Source: Dimargaris cristalligena
Taxonomy: Eukaryota
Direction: 5' to 3'
Length of the DNA: 64,000 bases
NCBI GenBank assembly: GCA_003614675.1
Contig: ML002211.1
Location: 1-64,000 of the forward strand
Shown: one piece after another, positions 35,781 to 47,500 of the stretch
Layout: each line of letters opens with the position of its first letter
Position numbering within the stretch: the stretch's first letter is position 1
Translations under genes and position numbers: made by a program
Notes under the pieces: model-generated
Database searches by the model: none
Told to the model about the DNA's origin: nothing
What the model saw: the letters and a program-made list of their open reading frames with translations, nothing else

Positions 35781-38417
35781 ATGTCGTATCCCAACCAGAC
35801 TAATCAGTCGCCACACCCCTACATGTTTTCCAGTATAACACCATCCACGGACCCTAATTCGCACGGCCAACCAACTCCACAAATGGCCGCCGACCCTTAC
35901 GGGGGCGCCTACGGGGGATTCAACCAGTCCATGTTCTCGGGACTGCAGCTCCAACGGCCCGCCGACCAGCGGTCCTCGTACGATAACCGCAATTATCTAA
36001 CTGGTGCCTGGAAATCTCCCGAAACAACCCCCCAGTCCGCCCAGATCCAACCTCAGCCGGGCGTAGCCGCCGCCCAGCAACAACTCTACAGCAGCCCCAC
36101 CGACTTCCAGTCGACCTTCCAGACCAATCATACCCAGCAGTCCCCCTATCTAGCCGCTGCCGCTGCTGCCGCCGCCAACAATGGTAAACCCTCTTTGTTT
36201 GCCACTGCCGCTAGTCCGACCCTACAGGCCCATCCGGCCCTGCGTATGCAGCGGGATAATACCGCCGAGTCCCACCTGTCCTATTATTCCCAGTCACCCA
36301 TGTTTTCCAATATCCAGCACCAGCCGTCCCCTTCCACCTCTTACCACCAGACCACCTTTGCCCCCGGACCAGCCGCTAATCTAGGTCACACTGGGACTGG
36401 TATGCGACAACATCACTCCCATCACCAACAGCAGCAGCACCAACACCATCAGCAGCAACAACACCAACAACAACAGCAGCAGTACCATTATCCCCATCAC
36501 CAACAACACCATCAGCAGCAACAATCGTACCAGCAACAGCAGCAAGCCGCTGTCATGTCCCCACATATCACCTTATCTAACCAGGCCCAAAACCCCACAA
36601 GCAGTGATGTATTTCCACGCTGGCAAAACCCATCCGACCCCAGTCTACTCAACTTCACCGCCGATGGGACTGGCCAGACGGCCGCCCACTTCACCCCGCA
36701 GATGTCGTCTAATTTGGGCCCCGGGAGCCACAATCAGTTGTTGACAGACTCCGGGGCGCTGGGGAACCTGTCGCTGGCTGGTCGCACGCTGCAGGCCAGC
36801 CCCGCGGATAACGCCACCCATTTACCTAGCCCACAGCAAAACGCAGCAGCTGGTGGCAATACCATGCTGGACCGATCCTCCTCCAACGCCTTTGTAAATA
36901 CCGCCGATTTACACCTCCAAACAACCCCGCAGCAGATGGCCATGTCCAACCAGAATAGTCAACACCTGCTGATGAGTAGTCCCCAGCTATCGTCGGCTCA
37001 CGCCGTCGCGAACCACGATCACGAATACAATCATCATCCGCACCACCACGGCCACCACCAGCTGCAACACCAACCGCAACAGCACGCCCACTCTCTGGAA
37101 ACCATTACCACCATCAATCCAGCGGCGGTCCGGAATAGCCCCCCTTATAGGGCGCCCAGTGCCTCCCCTCCCCCTTCCCACCACCTTCCCGTCCTGCAGA
37201 TTCCTACCCACACATCTCCGCAACTTCGGGCGACGCCCGCCTCGGCCTCCAACACCTCGTCGGCGGAGGTGACTACTCCAGTCTTGGCTATCCCCGCCGG
37301 GCTTCCTTCTCCCCTTGCCAAAGTCAGTAAAAAGAGGGCGCGGAAAATGGACTCTGGTGCGAAAAAGTCGGGCGATAATACCGCCCATGTACCGGCCCCG
37401 GATCAGGCGAACCCGAAGTTAAAGCGACCCATGAATGCATTCTTGGTATTTTCCAATGAACGCCGCCCCCAGCTCAAGCAAATGGAACCGCCCATTTCTA
37501 CGGCTGAGCAAAGCAAGATCCTGGGTGACGAGTGGGCCTGCATGTCTGAACCTCTGAAACAGCAGTACTTCGAAAAGGCGCGGTCCCTTAAAGATAAGTT
37601 TGTGGCGGAAAATCCCGATTTCGTTTACACTCGGCGACCAAACAATTCCCGTCGGGTGGCGGAAAGTAGCGGTGATGTAGGGCGTCCACATCAGGGCCTC
37701 GGCTCGGATTCTGACGAAGCCCAGCGACGCGGTAAGGGAGCCAAATCTGGACCCGCCTCTGCGGGCGGTAAAGGGGCTCGAGGCGCCGTCCCTATCAACC
37801 CGCTCACCCGGCCCGACCGCCTCAAGCGACCCATGAACGCCTATTTGATTTTCAACCAGGATATGCGGCATCGACTCCTCAGCGAGAATCCCAATATGTC
37901 CGTATCTGAGATTAGTAAATCTATCGGTGATAAGTGGCGGGCTATGGATGCAGCCCAAAAGCACCATTATAATCAGCGGGCGCAGCAGCTTAAAGACGAT
38001 TTTAAGGCCAAAAATCCCAACTATGTGTTTACGCGGCGAACCAAAAAGGACATGGCGCTTCAACATGGCGGATACCACGACGACGACGACGACGACGAAG
38101 ATAACGATGACGCCCAAGGCGATGGTAATGGAGGAGGCGAGAATCGCAGTCGGAAAAAACGCATTCGCGGAGGCCAAGCACCCCGTCACCCCATGTCCGC
38201 CTTCCTTTATTACTTACGGGAACAACGCCCCGCCTATGCGGAACAGTTTCCTGGGTCTTCGGTCGGTCCCATCAGTAAGCTAGTGGCCCAGAAGTGGCGT
38301 CTCCTGTCGGTGGAGGAACGGGTCCCCTGGCAGGAAAAGGCCGACGCCGACAAGAGGCGCTATGCCGAAGAACGGGCCATTTACCATGGTCAGGCTCAGC
38401 CGAACACCGCTTCTTAA
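35781..38417 (+). CDS. Transcription factor with three HMG boxes and long Q/H-rich N-terminus, ~878 aa, intronless
   Basis: KLKRPMNAFLVFSNERR (~37416), RLKRPMNAYLIFNQDMR (~37818), APRHPMSAFLYYLREQR (~38178), each followed by SK.(L/I)G..W or SKLVAQKW helices; first ATG at 35781 (track start 35703 is TTG). Confidence 0.9.
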   Translation: MSYPNQTNQSPHPYMFSSITPSTDPNSHGQPTPQMAADPYGGAYGGFNQSMFSGLQLQRPADQRSSYDNRNYLTGAWKSPETTPQSAQIQPQPGVAAAQQQLYSSPTDFQSTFQTNHTQQSPYLAAAAAAAANNGKPSLFATAASPTLQAHPALRMQRDNTAESHLSYYSQSPMFSNIQHQPSPSTSYHQTTFAPGPAANLGHTGTGMRQHHSHHQQQQHQHHQQQQHQQQQQQYHYPHHQQHHQQQQSYQQQQQAAVMSPHITLSNQAQNPTSSDVFPRWQNPSDPSLLNFTADGTGQTAAHFTPQMSSNLGPGSHNQLLTDSGALGNLSLAGRTLQASPADNATHLPSPQQNAAAGGNTMLDRSSSNAFVNTADLHLQTTPQQMAMSNQNSQHLLMSSPQLSSAHAVANHDHEYNHHPHHHGHHQLQHQPQQHAHSLETITTINPAAVRNSPPYRAPSASPPPSHHLPVLQIPTHTSPQLRATPASASNTSSAEVTTPVLAIPAGLPSPLAKVSKKRARKMDSGAKKSGDNTAHVPAPDQANPKLKRPMNAFLVFSNERRPQLKQMEPPISTAEQSKILGDEWACMSEPLKQQYFEKARSLKDKFVAENPDFVYTRRPNNSRRVAESSGDVGRPHQGLGSDSDEAQRRGKGAKSGPASAGGKGARGAVPINPLTRPDRLKRPMNAYLIFNQDMRHRLLSENPNMSVSEISKSIGDKWRAMDAAQKHHYNQRAQQLKDDFKAKNPNYVFTRRTKKDMALQHGGYHDDDDDDEDNDDAQGDGNGGGENRSRKKRIRGGQAPRHPMSAFLYYLREQRPAYAEQFPGSSVGPISKLVAQKWRLLSVEERVPWQEKADADKRRYAEERAIYHGQAQPNTAS

Positions 38418-40025
38418 AATAGCCCCCGCCACCAACATATAACCATTTTACCTCACCCTCTGACATACTCCTGTGCCTATACGGCTATTGTCCCTCCTTT
38501 TTTATAGACTATATCCCCCAACTTTTAGTTGTATTTTACCTACAACCTGTACAGTTTAATCACTTACTCGAGTGTCAGTTTAAGCGGATCCTGGTATTAG
38601 AGGCATAGGACTGGTACAATGGAGGCGATGGGCAATGTCCCAGTGCCCAAAATTAAACAGTCTATTATTTCCTCCACCTGCTCCTGATGCTGTAGTGTAT
38701 ATTTTACACCTGTATATTTATCCACTTCTTCTCCTATTCCACCCATTTCCCAATTTCCCCCAAAAGCTTTGAGTGTGCCATTCCACCTCTTTCGTTATTA
38801 GACTAGATTTATACAGTAATGCTCAATTTTTTTTTATTTTGGGTTTATCTATCACTTTTTGGTTCTTATTTCTGTACATTACCCGGTTTTTAAGAACCCT
38901 GGTATCTGAATACTGTAATATCAGCTTTGATACTTTTACTAGTTCCACCTATTGGTTCTAATTGTTTTCCCTTGTGTCTCCGTTTTTTGTTTGACCTGGA
39001 GACTACTCATAATTAATTGGCTGCATTGGCAACCGCGCCTATCCGTCCTGGTTGCAAATGTTAATCGACAAATCACCTCTTTCCTAAAGGGGCTACTATG
39101 GATACGCAATAACTATGGCCGTCTCCTCATATTTGGATATCCAATTTCCGCTCTTTATACTTCTTGATATCTCCTGCACCTGATAGCTTAATTATCTATA
39201 GACAATAATATGTTATTGAATAGCCTGCATCTATATATTCTACGTATTCTAATCTCATTCGGACATGCAATTTTCCGTAAGTATAGACATGGTTTTTTCA
39301 GGGTATTAGTGAACAAAATAAATTACCAAAGCAGTTGCAGCTTGAGCCACCTTTGAGTTCAACAGCCATAAATAGACTAGCCAGTGTTGGGGATATATGA
39401 TGGTCGATATCCAAAGTCAATAGTTGGGAGGTATGAGTTGGATGCGATATTAATGTATTCTTTTTCAAAATTGGAGGCCAGATGGGCTCACCAGTTAGTT
39501 CCATATATTTACACATTCACTTGGTAGTAAATATTACTTAAATTAATCGTTGCTGCAATGTGGCGTCTTTTTAGAAAAATAGAATAAAATAAGGTTTTAC
39601 ATTCGCGTAAACAAGCTCCCGTGCCTTCAATGCCAACTAGGACCGCACAGGCTGCAACTCTTCGCTATGAGAAGAATTCGTCTGAAGCTGGGGAAATCAT
39701 CAATGATGGAGTACTTTGCCATTTGGTTAACCAATCTAGGATGTATGATTTCTATTCAATGCAATTAGACGGATATTGTATTTTGGTATCTAATGGATAC
39801 TAGAGATGCGGTGAATTGAACTGGAGCTCTCCAATTAGTCCAGTATACGTAGTAGTAGTAGCAGAGTAAGTCACCTTGGTGTAGTTATCCAGAGCAATGG
39901 ATGGAGGGATTCGCTCTTCTGATAGAAACCAGTCCATTGGAGAGGCGAGGGAAGAGGCAGGGCATAGTCAGTACTGAAACACGCATGTTTGAGAGGCCGC
40001 AGTTGGCATTTAGACTTGTTTCGTT

Positions 40026-40033
<8 letters not shown>

Positions 40034-40058
<25 letters not shown>
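40034..40058 (+). repeat. (TA)n microsatellite just upstream of the glycosylase-like gene
   Basis: tatatatatatatatatatatatat run. Confidence 0.85.
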
Positions 40059-40059
<1 letters not shown>

Positions 40060-40108
40060 TTGCTTGTGATATTAAGGCAACGGCCCCCTTTATATTTGGG
40101 ACTTGCAA

Positions 40109-41947
40109 ATGGCTGATCACGGGGGTGCTTTTACTTGGCAACTAAGGCGACCCGTGGACCTTCTCGATCGGCTCGGGGAACCCCTCCCACTCGATTCCTC
40201 CGCTCCATGGGGGCGATTCTACTTGGCCGAATTCGACCGCTTGGCCCATGCACTTTTCGAGGAGCATGAAATGGTGCTAGAGGGACCTTGGACTCCGCCC
40301 TCTTCCGTGGGTTTTTTACAGGGCTCCGCCGCTGACCCAACCCCCCACAATCGTTCAACCGAACCTAGGGCTGGTACGACCGGTTCAGCTACCCAGCGCT
40401 TCCGAATACTGGAATGCGAGTTCTACCTCCAGGACGGTATCCACCTTCGGGCCACGGAGACCCCCGCGGACCACCACCACCCGGTAACGGTAATCAGTAC
40501 CGCCGCCACGAGCCAAGCTGAGCCGCCGGGCCGGCAGCGCAAACGACCTCGGTCAGCCCTTTCCGATACGGCTCAGCCGACCTCATCTGTGCCCCAGTTA
40601 GCGGATCCTCCGTCACTTGCCCCGGGACAGAGCATGGTCATTCAAGGGTTTTGGGATCCGTTTGCCCACGGGCACCCTTTACAGAACCAGGCGCATATTT
40701 ATTATTTCCACTGTATTGGCCAAAGTTCGGGGTACCGGGAAGGAACTAGGCGAGGCCTTGATATTACTCTGGGGTATACTACTCACTCTGGCTCATCCTC
40801 ATCCCACCTACCATTAATACCCATGTCCCCGTCGCCCCGGCAATTATCGGCTATCCAATCGGCAGTGGCTACCTCGAAAGAGGGCGCGGTTACCAAAAGT
40901 AAGGAGGTTCGGGCAGGGGTTTTGATCCGGTCGATTCAGAATGTAGCAACCGGGGCCATTATAAGTGGCCCCTGTCTGGTAGTCAATACTGTCTTGGCGC
41001 ACTTTGGGGTGGGTTCAGTGCGCGAATTAGTGAATGAGGTACTCCAGGGCGATTTGAGCGCACGCCCATCCCCACCCACTGTTGCAACGAAAATTGTCTC
41101 ACCGTACTTTTCGTCAGTATCTAGCCGCCAATCCCTTCGATCGTCGGCCAATCCACTGAAGGACCGGGCGGTGCCTCTGCCCACCCACCGCTGGTGGTAT
41201 TTCCAACCCCGTTCCTCGATCGAAAAGACGGATGCCTTGGCAGCTGAGCCATCCTGTAGACCCATAAACGGGACCAGCGGCTTATCCGAGCCGAAGTTCT
41301 TGCCGGATAAAAAGTCGTATCTTAGGACGCCTCGGGTGGGTCTGGGGTTTAATCGGGCCAAGGGATATATGGACGCCCAAAGTCAATATTTGTTTCAACC
41401 GTACCGCTATATTAACACCTCCCTGGTATCCGGGCAGCAGCTTAAGAAAGGCATGGCGTATACGGTGCTTGGGCTTTTGGACAGCGCGATCCGCACGTGG
41501 TGCCTATATGTTAACCAGGGTGCCACACCTTACTTGGATTACGTATGGTGGTGGGTCCTGGGTTTTGAGCATTCGGCCCCGGAACTGTCCGATGAGGAGG
41601 ACCCAATTACGCCCATAGCGGAGGCTGAATCGGCCCGGACGTATTTGCTACCTCGGCAAGCGGGCAGTATGTATAGGGATATGGGTGAGTCCCTTCCATT
41701 AGGATCCCGGCCTGAACCACATTACCTGGCCAGTGCCAGTGGGCTGTCTCTCAGAAGTGTAGACCAGGCCATGGCGGATATTCGCACAGGGGCCAGCTCC
41801 GCATTGGGCTCGTTCTACACTAGGGCCTTGACCAGTGGGACAGTGATTTACCGTTGCTTCGGGGCGTATCAGCGCTTCCAATACGATAAATACCGCACTA
41901 TTTTTAAAGCCCGTCTGTGTCGGCCAACTAAAAACCAGGCAGAATGA
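40109..41947 (+). CDS. Divergent AAG/MPG-fold (3-methyladenine DNA glycosylase-like) protein with low-complexity insertions, ~612 aa, intronless
   Basis: Ordered motifs FRILECEFY, DPFAH, YYFH, GLDITLG, GVLIRSI, ISGPCL, TPRVGL, PYRY parallel the MPG signature GRIVETEAY, DPASH, YVY, AVLIRA, NGPGKL, TPRIGI, PWRF. First ATG at 40109. Confidence 0.65.
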   Translation: MADHGGAFTWQLRRPVDLLDRLGEPLPLDSSAPWGRFYLAEFDRLAHALFEEHEMVLEGPWTPPSSVGFLQGSAADPTPHNRSTEPRAGTTGSATQRFRILECEFYLQDGIHLRATETPADHHHPVTVISTAATSQAEPPGRQRKRPRSALSDTAQPTSSVPQLADPPSLAPGQSMVIQGFWDPFAHGHPLQNQAHIYYFHCIGQSSGYREGTRRGLDITLGYTTHSGSSSSHLPLIPMSPSPRQLSAIQSAVATSKEGAVTKSKEVRAGVLIRSIQNVATGAIISGPCLVVNTVLAHFGVGSVRELVNEVLQGDLSARPSPPTVATKIVSPYFSSVSSRQSLRSSANPLKDRAVPLPTHRWWYFQPRSSIEKTDALAAEPSCRPINGTSGLSEPKFLPDKKSYLRTPRVGLGFNRAKGYMDAQSQYLFQPYRYINTSLVSGQQLKKGMAYTVLGLLDSAIRTWCLYVNQGATPYLDYVWWWVLGFEHSAPELSDEEDPITPIAEAESARTYLLPRQAGSMYRDMGESLPLGSRPEPHYLASASGLSLRSVDQAMADIRTGASSALGSFYTRALTSGTVIYRCFGAYQRFQYDKYRTIFKARLCRPTKNQAE

Positions 41948-44579
41948 ATTCCACGCAATAAACCCACGCTTAGCTATACTTACTTGAATATGGTGTATAC
42001 TTTGGCGCGGACTATCTGGACGGGGTTTATCACCAGCCTTTTCGTTGCCAAACACCAAGACATGGGGGGTCCTCGTGGCGATCATTCTGGGAGGGAGGAG
42101 GGGTACTTGAATTACATCACAACCAGCCATTGGCTGAATCGGTAGCGCAGGCACCTGGCTAACTATTTTTGGCAAGTAGGTGCCGATCCAGTGTTATTTA
42201 AAAAGATTAGCAGGCCAAGCCTGGAACAAACACTAGACATAGCCCAGCTGAATAAAAATAATCCACTCCCCCGTCTAGCAGAGAAGTGTGGCGCTTGTTG
42301 GCACCAAATAGATGGACAACCCTCTGGCCAGTATAGAGCGACTGTCATATCCGCCCCCATGTGGGCGAGATTGGTCGGATGAAATCAAATGCTAATCTAT
42401 CCAACCGCCACGCGTGGATTTTTCCAAGGAAACCCGTTGATAGCCAGTGGGGCTGGCCCAAAGAAGTTCGCGATAGAAGGTATTTGGCGAAGCGTGGACG
42501 TCGATTGCCTCCTTATACGGTGCTTGATAGGTCAACAAACCCACACCAACTCCGCGGTGTGGGTTCCCCACTGGTTCAGGCTTGCTGTATAGGGTGGTCT
42601 GGTCGCTGGAAGCAGCCCCGCCCCGCCCACCCTCTGGTTCTCGTTTGTCTACGGTAAGGTGTTATACGGCAATCGAGATAGATTCGGGGGAACATCGTCA
42701 GGGGTATGAAATCGAGGGCGTGGTTGCATAGGGTGAATAGATGGGGTAGTGCGTGTTCGTCTTGAGAGAGGTTGCCAGCCCATCTATTTTCAATGACCGG
42801 GGGGTCTCGTGTAACCCCGTTGAACGGGAAATGGCCAACTGTCGGTTCCTTCATTTGGGCACTCTCGTTTATTTTGGTGGTGGGGGTTATCCGTACATTT
42901 AACCCAATTTTGCCTATCCACGGCCCCGTTCCATCGGCAACGAAGGACCCTAGGATCGAGTACTGCCTTTGCAGCCATTGTTAAAGATTGGGAATAATGG
43001 CGCACTAGCTTTGAGTAACTGGTGCCTATTTTTAAACCATTCAGCCGCGTCTCTTCGTCAACTAGGATAGGTTCGGTGGGTAAAATGGTTGAGTACCCGC
43101 CAGCCTTGGCATCGTAGCTTACTTTGCCTCGGTTGGTCGGGACGGGCCGTTTCCGAACCATCGGGGCCTGTGTCAGTGGCATTCGCTTAAACCCCACAAG
43201 GGGATCGTTCGCTGTATTGTGTTGATATTATTATTTTTTACTGGCCTTCAACACTGACCAAGTTGATTCTCCCTAGAACGTCCATGGGCTATTGTTCGAA
43301 TCGATTAGGGGGTGATAAAGGGACACAATACAACCGCCGTTAGTGTTATTCCTCCGATCTTCGGGTCTTATTAGCACCAGTGGATTGTCTAAGCTTCCGT
43401 CCCGTTGCTGGCGCCTCTAAGTTTAGGGGGTTTGTCTATGCGGATTCTGCCACCTCTCTACCCATTAGTTACCTTGCCAACATATCCCCACCTTTCTTCT
43501 CTTCCTTCGCCTCTGTTTCCCTGTTCTTTTATTGAAATATTATTCCTATTTCTCGGATATCTCCCCCGCGACTGCCTTGTGCACCACCTGGACGTCCTCT
43601 GTTGTACATCACTGCGCGTAGTTATACCTCTGGTCCTTCGTTCCACACCACTCCATTACAACTCAGCTCCCCATTCCTCGTCTTCCCCATTGTTTAGCCC
43701 GATCCCCTTTAGCTGGCCCTACCTTGAACTACGCATATAGACGCGCCAGTTTCTCTCGCCACGGCCCCCGAGTTCCACTCTCTCTCTCTTATTCTCTCTC
43801 CTCCCGGCACCCTAACAGCAGTAGCAATAGCCCAGCTTCATTAGTAGGTAGCCGGCAGTAGTCATAGTACCGTGCAAGCTGCAAGTTGTTGACCATACAG
43901 CATAACTCTCCTCGCGTTGCAGGGCTATATCCCGTTATATTCCATACCTCTGCATTAACGCTTAATTCCACCGCTGATACTGCTATAATCCGGTCCGGCT
44001 ATTGCCCATTAATAGTATCTTGGCGAGACCTGGCGGGGTGTGCTTAGCATACATATCCGCATATAGGGTAGAGTAATATAAATATAAATATATATTTATC
44101 AGAGCCGTTGCAGCCTGACCCGCACGCATACATACACCTCCTTGACTTGGGTAGGCCAGTCGCATACAATTAACCTACAGCGCCCCCTTACTTCTGGGTC
44201 ACAGCCCGATTTCCCGACACTCACCCTATTGTTAGAGACCTGTACTTTCCTCCCTTTTCTTCCCATTTTCCCCCTTCTCCTAATTAATCCTTCTCTTCCC
44301 CCCTTGTTTATGTTACCCCTTTCGACTGGTCGTTCACACTTGAGCTGTATCGACTTGCACTTCGCTACTGACCTTTATTCTGTCCTTACCCTTGCTTGCC
44401 TCTACTATTTTTGTTCTTTTTAGAACCCCCCCTCTCCCACCCTCTCACCTTGCCGATATTCCAGCAGCCCGGTTCTCATTTTACTCTCCACCCCTCACCC
44501 GTCCCGTCCCCTCCTTCCCATCTCACATACCTTGGGCACCTTGTCTACTTCCCTCTTTCGTCTTTAAATAACCGCCACC

Positions 44580-47500
44580 GTGGATCCCCATAACCCCAAT
44601 CGTGGTCGCTCCCCACCTGATGGGAGCCGCCGGTACCTCCGGACCGACGCCGATCTTATAGATATCTCGCCTTCGCGGACTTCATTTGACCCGCATGCCG
44701 ATTTTCCCGAGTATCCCCCCGCTTCCTCGAATTCATTCCCTTTAAACTCCGCCCACGCGAACTCCGGCGCCTCTCGCCATCATCTGCGACCACTCACCCA
44801 CGACTCCCACGAATTTGACATGGAATTTCCCTCGTCCAACTCTGCTTATCAAAATATGGGTAACATCCGCCAGAGTGTCCGCTTGGACTCCCCTGACGAC
44901 CGCTTTCTGGGTGGGGAGGGTGCCCACGACAGCTACCAATTCGATGACTACCCACCACCACGCGCCCCGTACGGCCAGCGCCAGTTTGCCGACAGTAGCG
45001 GTACCTTCGACTCGGCCGGCGATACCTATAAGCCCACCGGCTACCCGGGTGACCCCGACTCCACATTAACTGGCACCTCTCCCCACGCTACTTCACCGCT
45101 CGAGTCCCACCCTGCCCTACCCGACGGGCAGCCCCTCGGCCGCCGTATTTCGCGTCGGTTACCCAAAATGACCGGTTTGCCCAACGTGCTCAACTCCAAC
45201 GACAAAAACGAGACGTTCCGTATTATTCACATCAACAACGCCGAGCTCAATGCCCCCAGCAAATTCATCCACAACCGGATATCCACCGCCAAATACAATG
45301 TCGCGACCTTCCTACCCAAATTCCTCTTTGAGCAGTTTTCCAAATACGCCAATATTTTCTTCCTGTTCACTTCCTGCATTCAGCAGATTGACGGCGTGTC
45401 CCCCACCTCCCGCTACACCACCCTGGGCCCCCTCCTGGTGGTGCTCTTAGCCACCGCCTTCAAGGAACTCCTGGAAGATTTCAAGCGGCACAAGTCGGAT
45501 TCCGACGTGAACAAGAGCCACACCAAGGTCCTGGTGGGTAACGCCTTCGAAGAGCGTGCCTGGAACGCCATTAAAGTGGGCGATATTGTCCGTATCGAGA
45601 GCAGCGAACCCCTGCCCGCTGACGTGATTGTGCTCAGCTCCAGTGAGCCCGAGGGCATGTGCTACATCGAGACCAGTAACTTAGACGGTGAAACCAACCT
45701 CAAGGTGAAGCAGGCGCTATCCGAGACCGCCAAGCTCTTGACCCCGGCCGAGATTGCCCAGCTCACCGGCTACGTCAAGTCCGAGAAGCCCAATGACAGC
45801 CTGTACACCTACGAGGGCACTATGGTTTCCCACGACGGCCCGGTCGGGAATAAAGAACTCTCGCTGGACCCTACCCAGGTCCTGCTGCGAGGTGCCGTGC
45901 TCCGCAACACCAATTGGATTTACGCCCTCGTCGTGTTCACCGGCCACGAGACTAAACTCATGCGCAACGCCAGCGCTACCCCCATCAAGCGGACCAGTGT
46001 GGAGAAAATGACCAATATCCAGATTCTGTTTCTGTTCGGTATTCTAATGACCTTAGCCATCGCCTGCGCCTTGGGTAACGCCATCCTCGAGTCCCGCAAC
46101 TTCGACCAGTACTGGTACCTCAGTATCTCCCGAAGCGAAATCTGGACCAATTTCGGGCTCAATATTCTAACCTTCATCATCCTGTTCAACAACTTGATTC
46201 CCATCAGTTTGATCGTGACTATGGAAATGGTCAAATTCCAGCAGGCCTCCCTGATTAACAACGACCTCGATATGTACTCCGAAGATTCGGACACCCCTGC
46301 CCTGTGTCGTACCAGTTCACTGGTCGAAGAGCTGGGTCAAATCGAGTACATCTTTTCCGACAAGACGGGGACACTGACCTGTAACGTCATGGAGTTTCGC
46401 CAGTGCTCCATTGCTGGTATCCAATATTCAGACTCGGTGGAGCCCGGTAATCGAGGCCGTATCGTGGATGGCGAGCCAGTGGGGCTCTTTACGTTCTCCC
46501 AGATGCAGGAGCATCTACTCAATGACACCCACCAGTCCAAGACCGAGATCCATGAATTCATCGCCTTGCTCGCTACTTGCCATACGGTGATTCCCGAACG
46601 GTCAGAGGAGAAACCCGACCAAATCGAGTACCAGGCGTCGTCACCCGATGAGGGTGCCTTGGTCAAGGGGGCTGCTGTTATGGATTACAAGTTCCATACC
46701 CGTAAGCCACGGTCCATCACCATTGATATCCACGGCCAGCCCTTCGTCTATGAGGTACTCAATATCAACGAATTCAATTCGACCCGTAAGCGCATGAGTG
46801 CTCTTCTCCGCTGTCCCGATGGCAAGATTCGCCTCTACTGTAAGGGGGCCGATACCGTTATATACGAGCGCCTGGCCGAGAATAACCCCTACTCCCAAAT
46901 CACTTTGGGCCACCTAGAGGACTATGCAACGGAAGGTCTGCGTACTCTCTGCCTCGCCATGCGTGAAATTCCCGACCACGAGTACGAGACCTGGTCCCAG
47001 ATCTATACCAAGGCGTCCACCACCGTCAACAACCGAGGTCAGGAGCTGGACAAGGCCGCCGAGTTGATTGAAAAGGACCTATTCCTTCTGGGCGCCACTG
47101 CCATCGAGGATAAACTACAGGAGGGTGTGCCTGCGACCATTTTCACCTTGGCCCAGGCCGGTATCAAAATTTGGGTGCTTACCGGGGATCGCCAGGAAAC
47201 CGCCATTAATATCGGGTACAGTTGTAAACTCATTCAGGAGGACTTCTCCCTGATTATCTGTAACGAGGAGTCGCACTGGGCCACCCAGGAGTTTTTGGAA
47301 AAGAAGCTACGGGCCATCAAAGAGGGCAAGAACACCAACATTGACTTCGAAAGCCTAGCTCTTATTATCGATGGCAAGACTCTGGAGTTCGCCCTGCAAC
47401 CCGATTTGGAGCTCATTTTCCTCGAAATCGCGACCATGTGCAAAGCCGTTATCTGTTGCCGTGTGTCTCCGCTCCAGAAGGCCCTGGTGGTCAAATTGGT

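Noticed and set aside
37419-38189. 256-aa ORF on - strand
   Set aside because: Antisense to the HMG boxes; poly-Val mirrors poly-Asp; no independent evidence.
35781-41947. HMG gene next to a DNA-repair gene as a mating-type locus
   Set aside because: Neighbour is not APN2/SLA2 or the Mucorales flanking genes, and the protein is far larger than known sex-locus HMG proteins; no direct support.
41950-43320. Cluster of minus-strand ORFs and splice-like signals between the glycosylase-like gene and DRS2
   Set aside because: Could not assemble a stop-free spliced frame or recognise any motif; a divergent gene cannot be excluded without RNA data.
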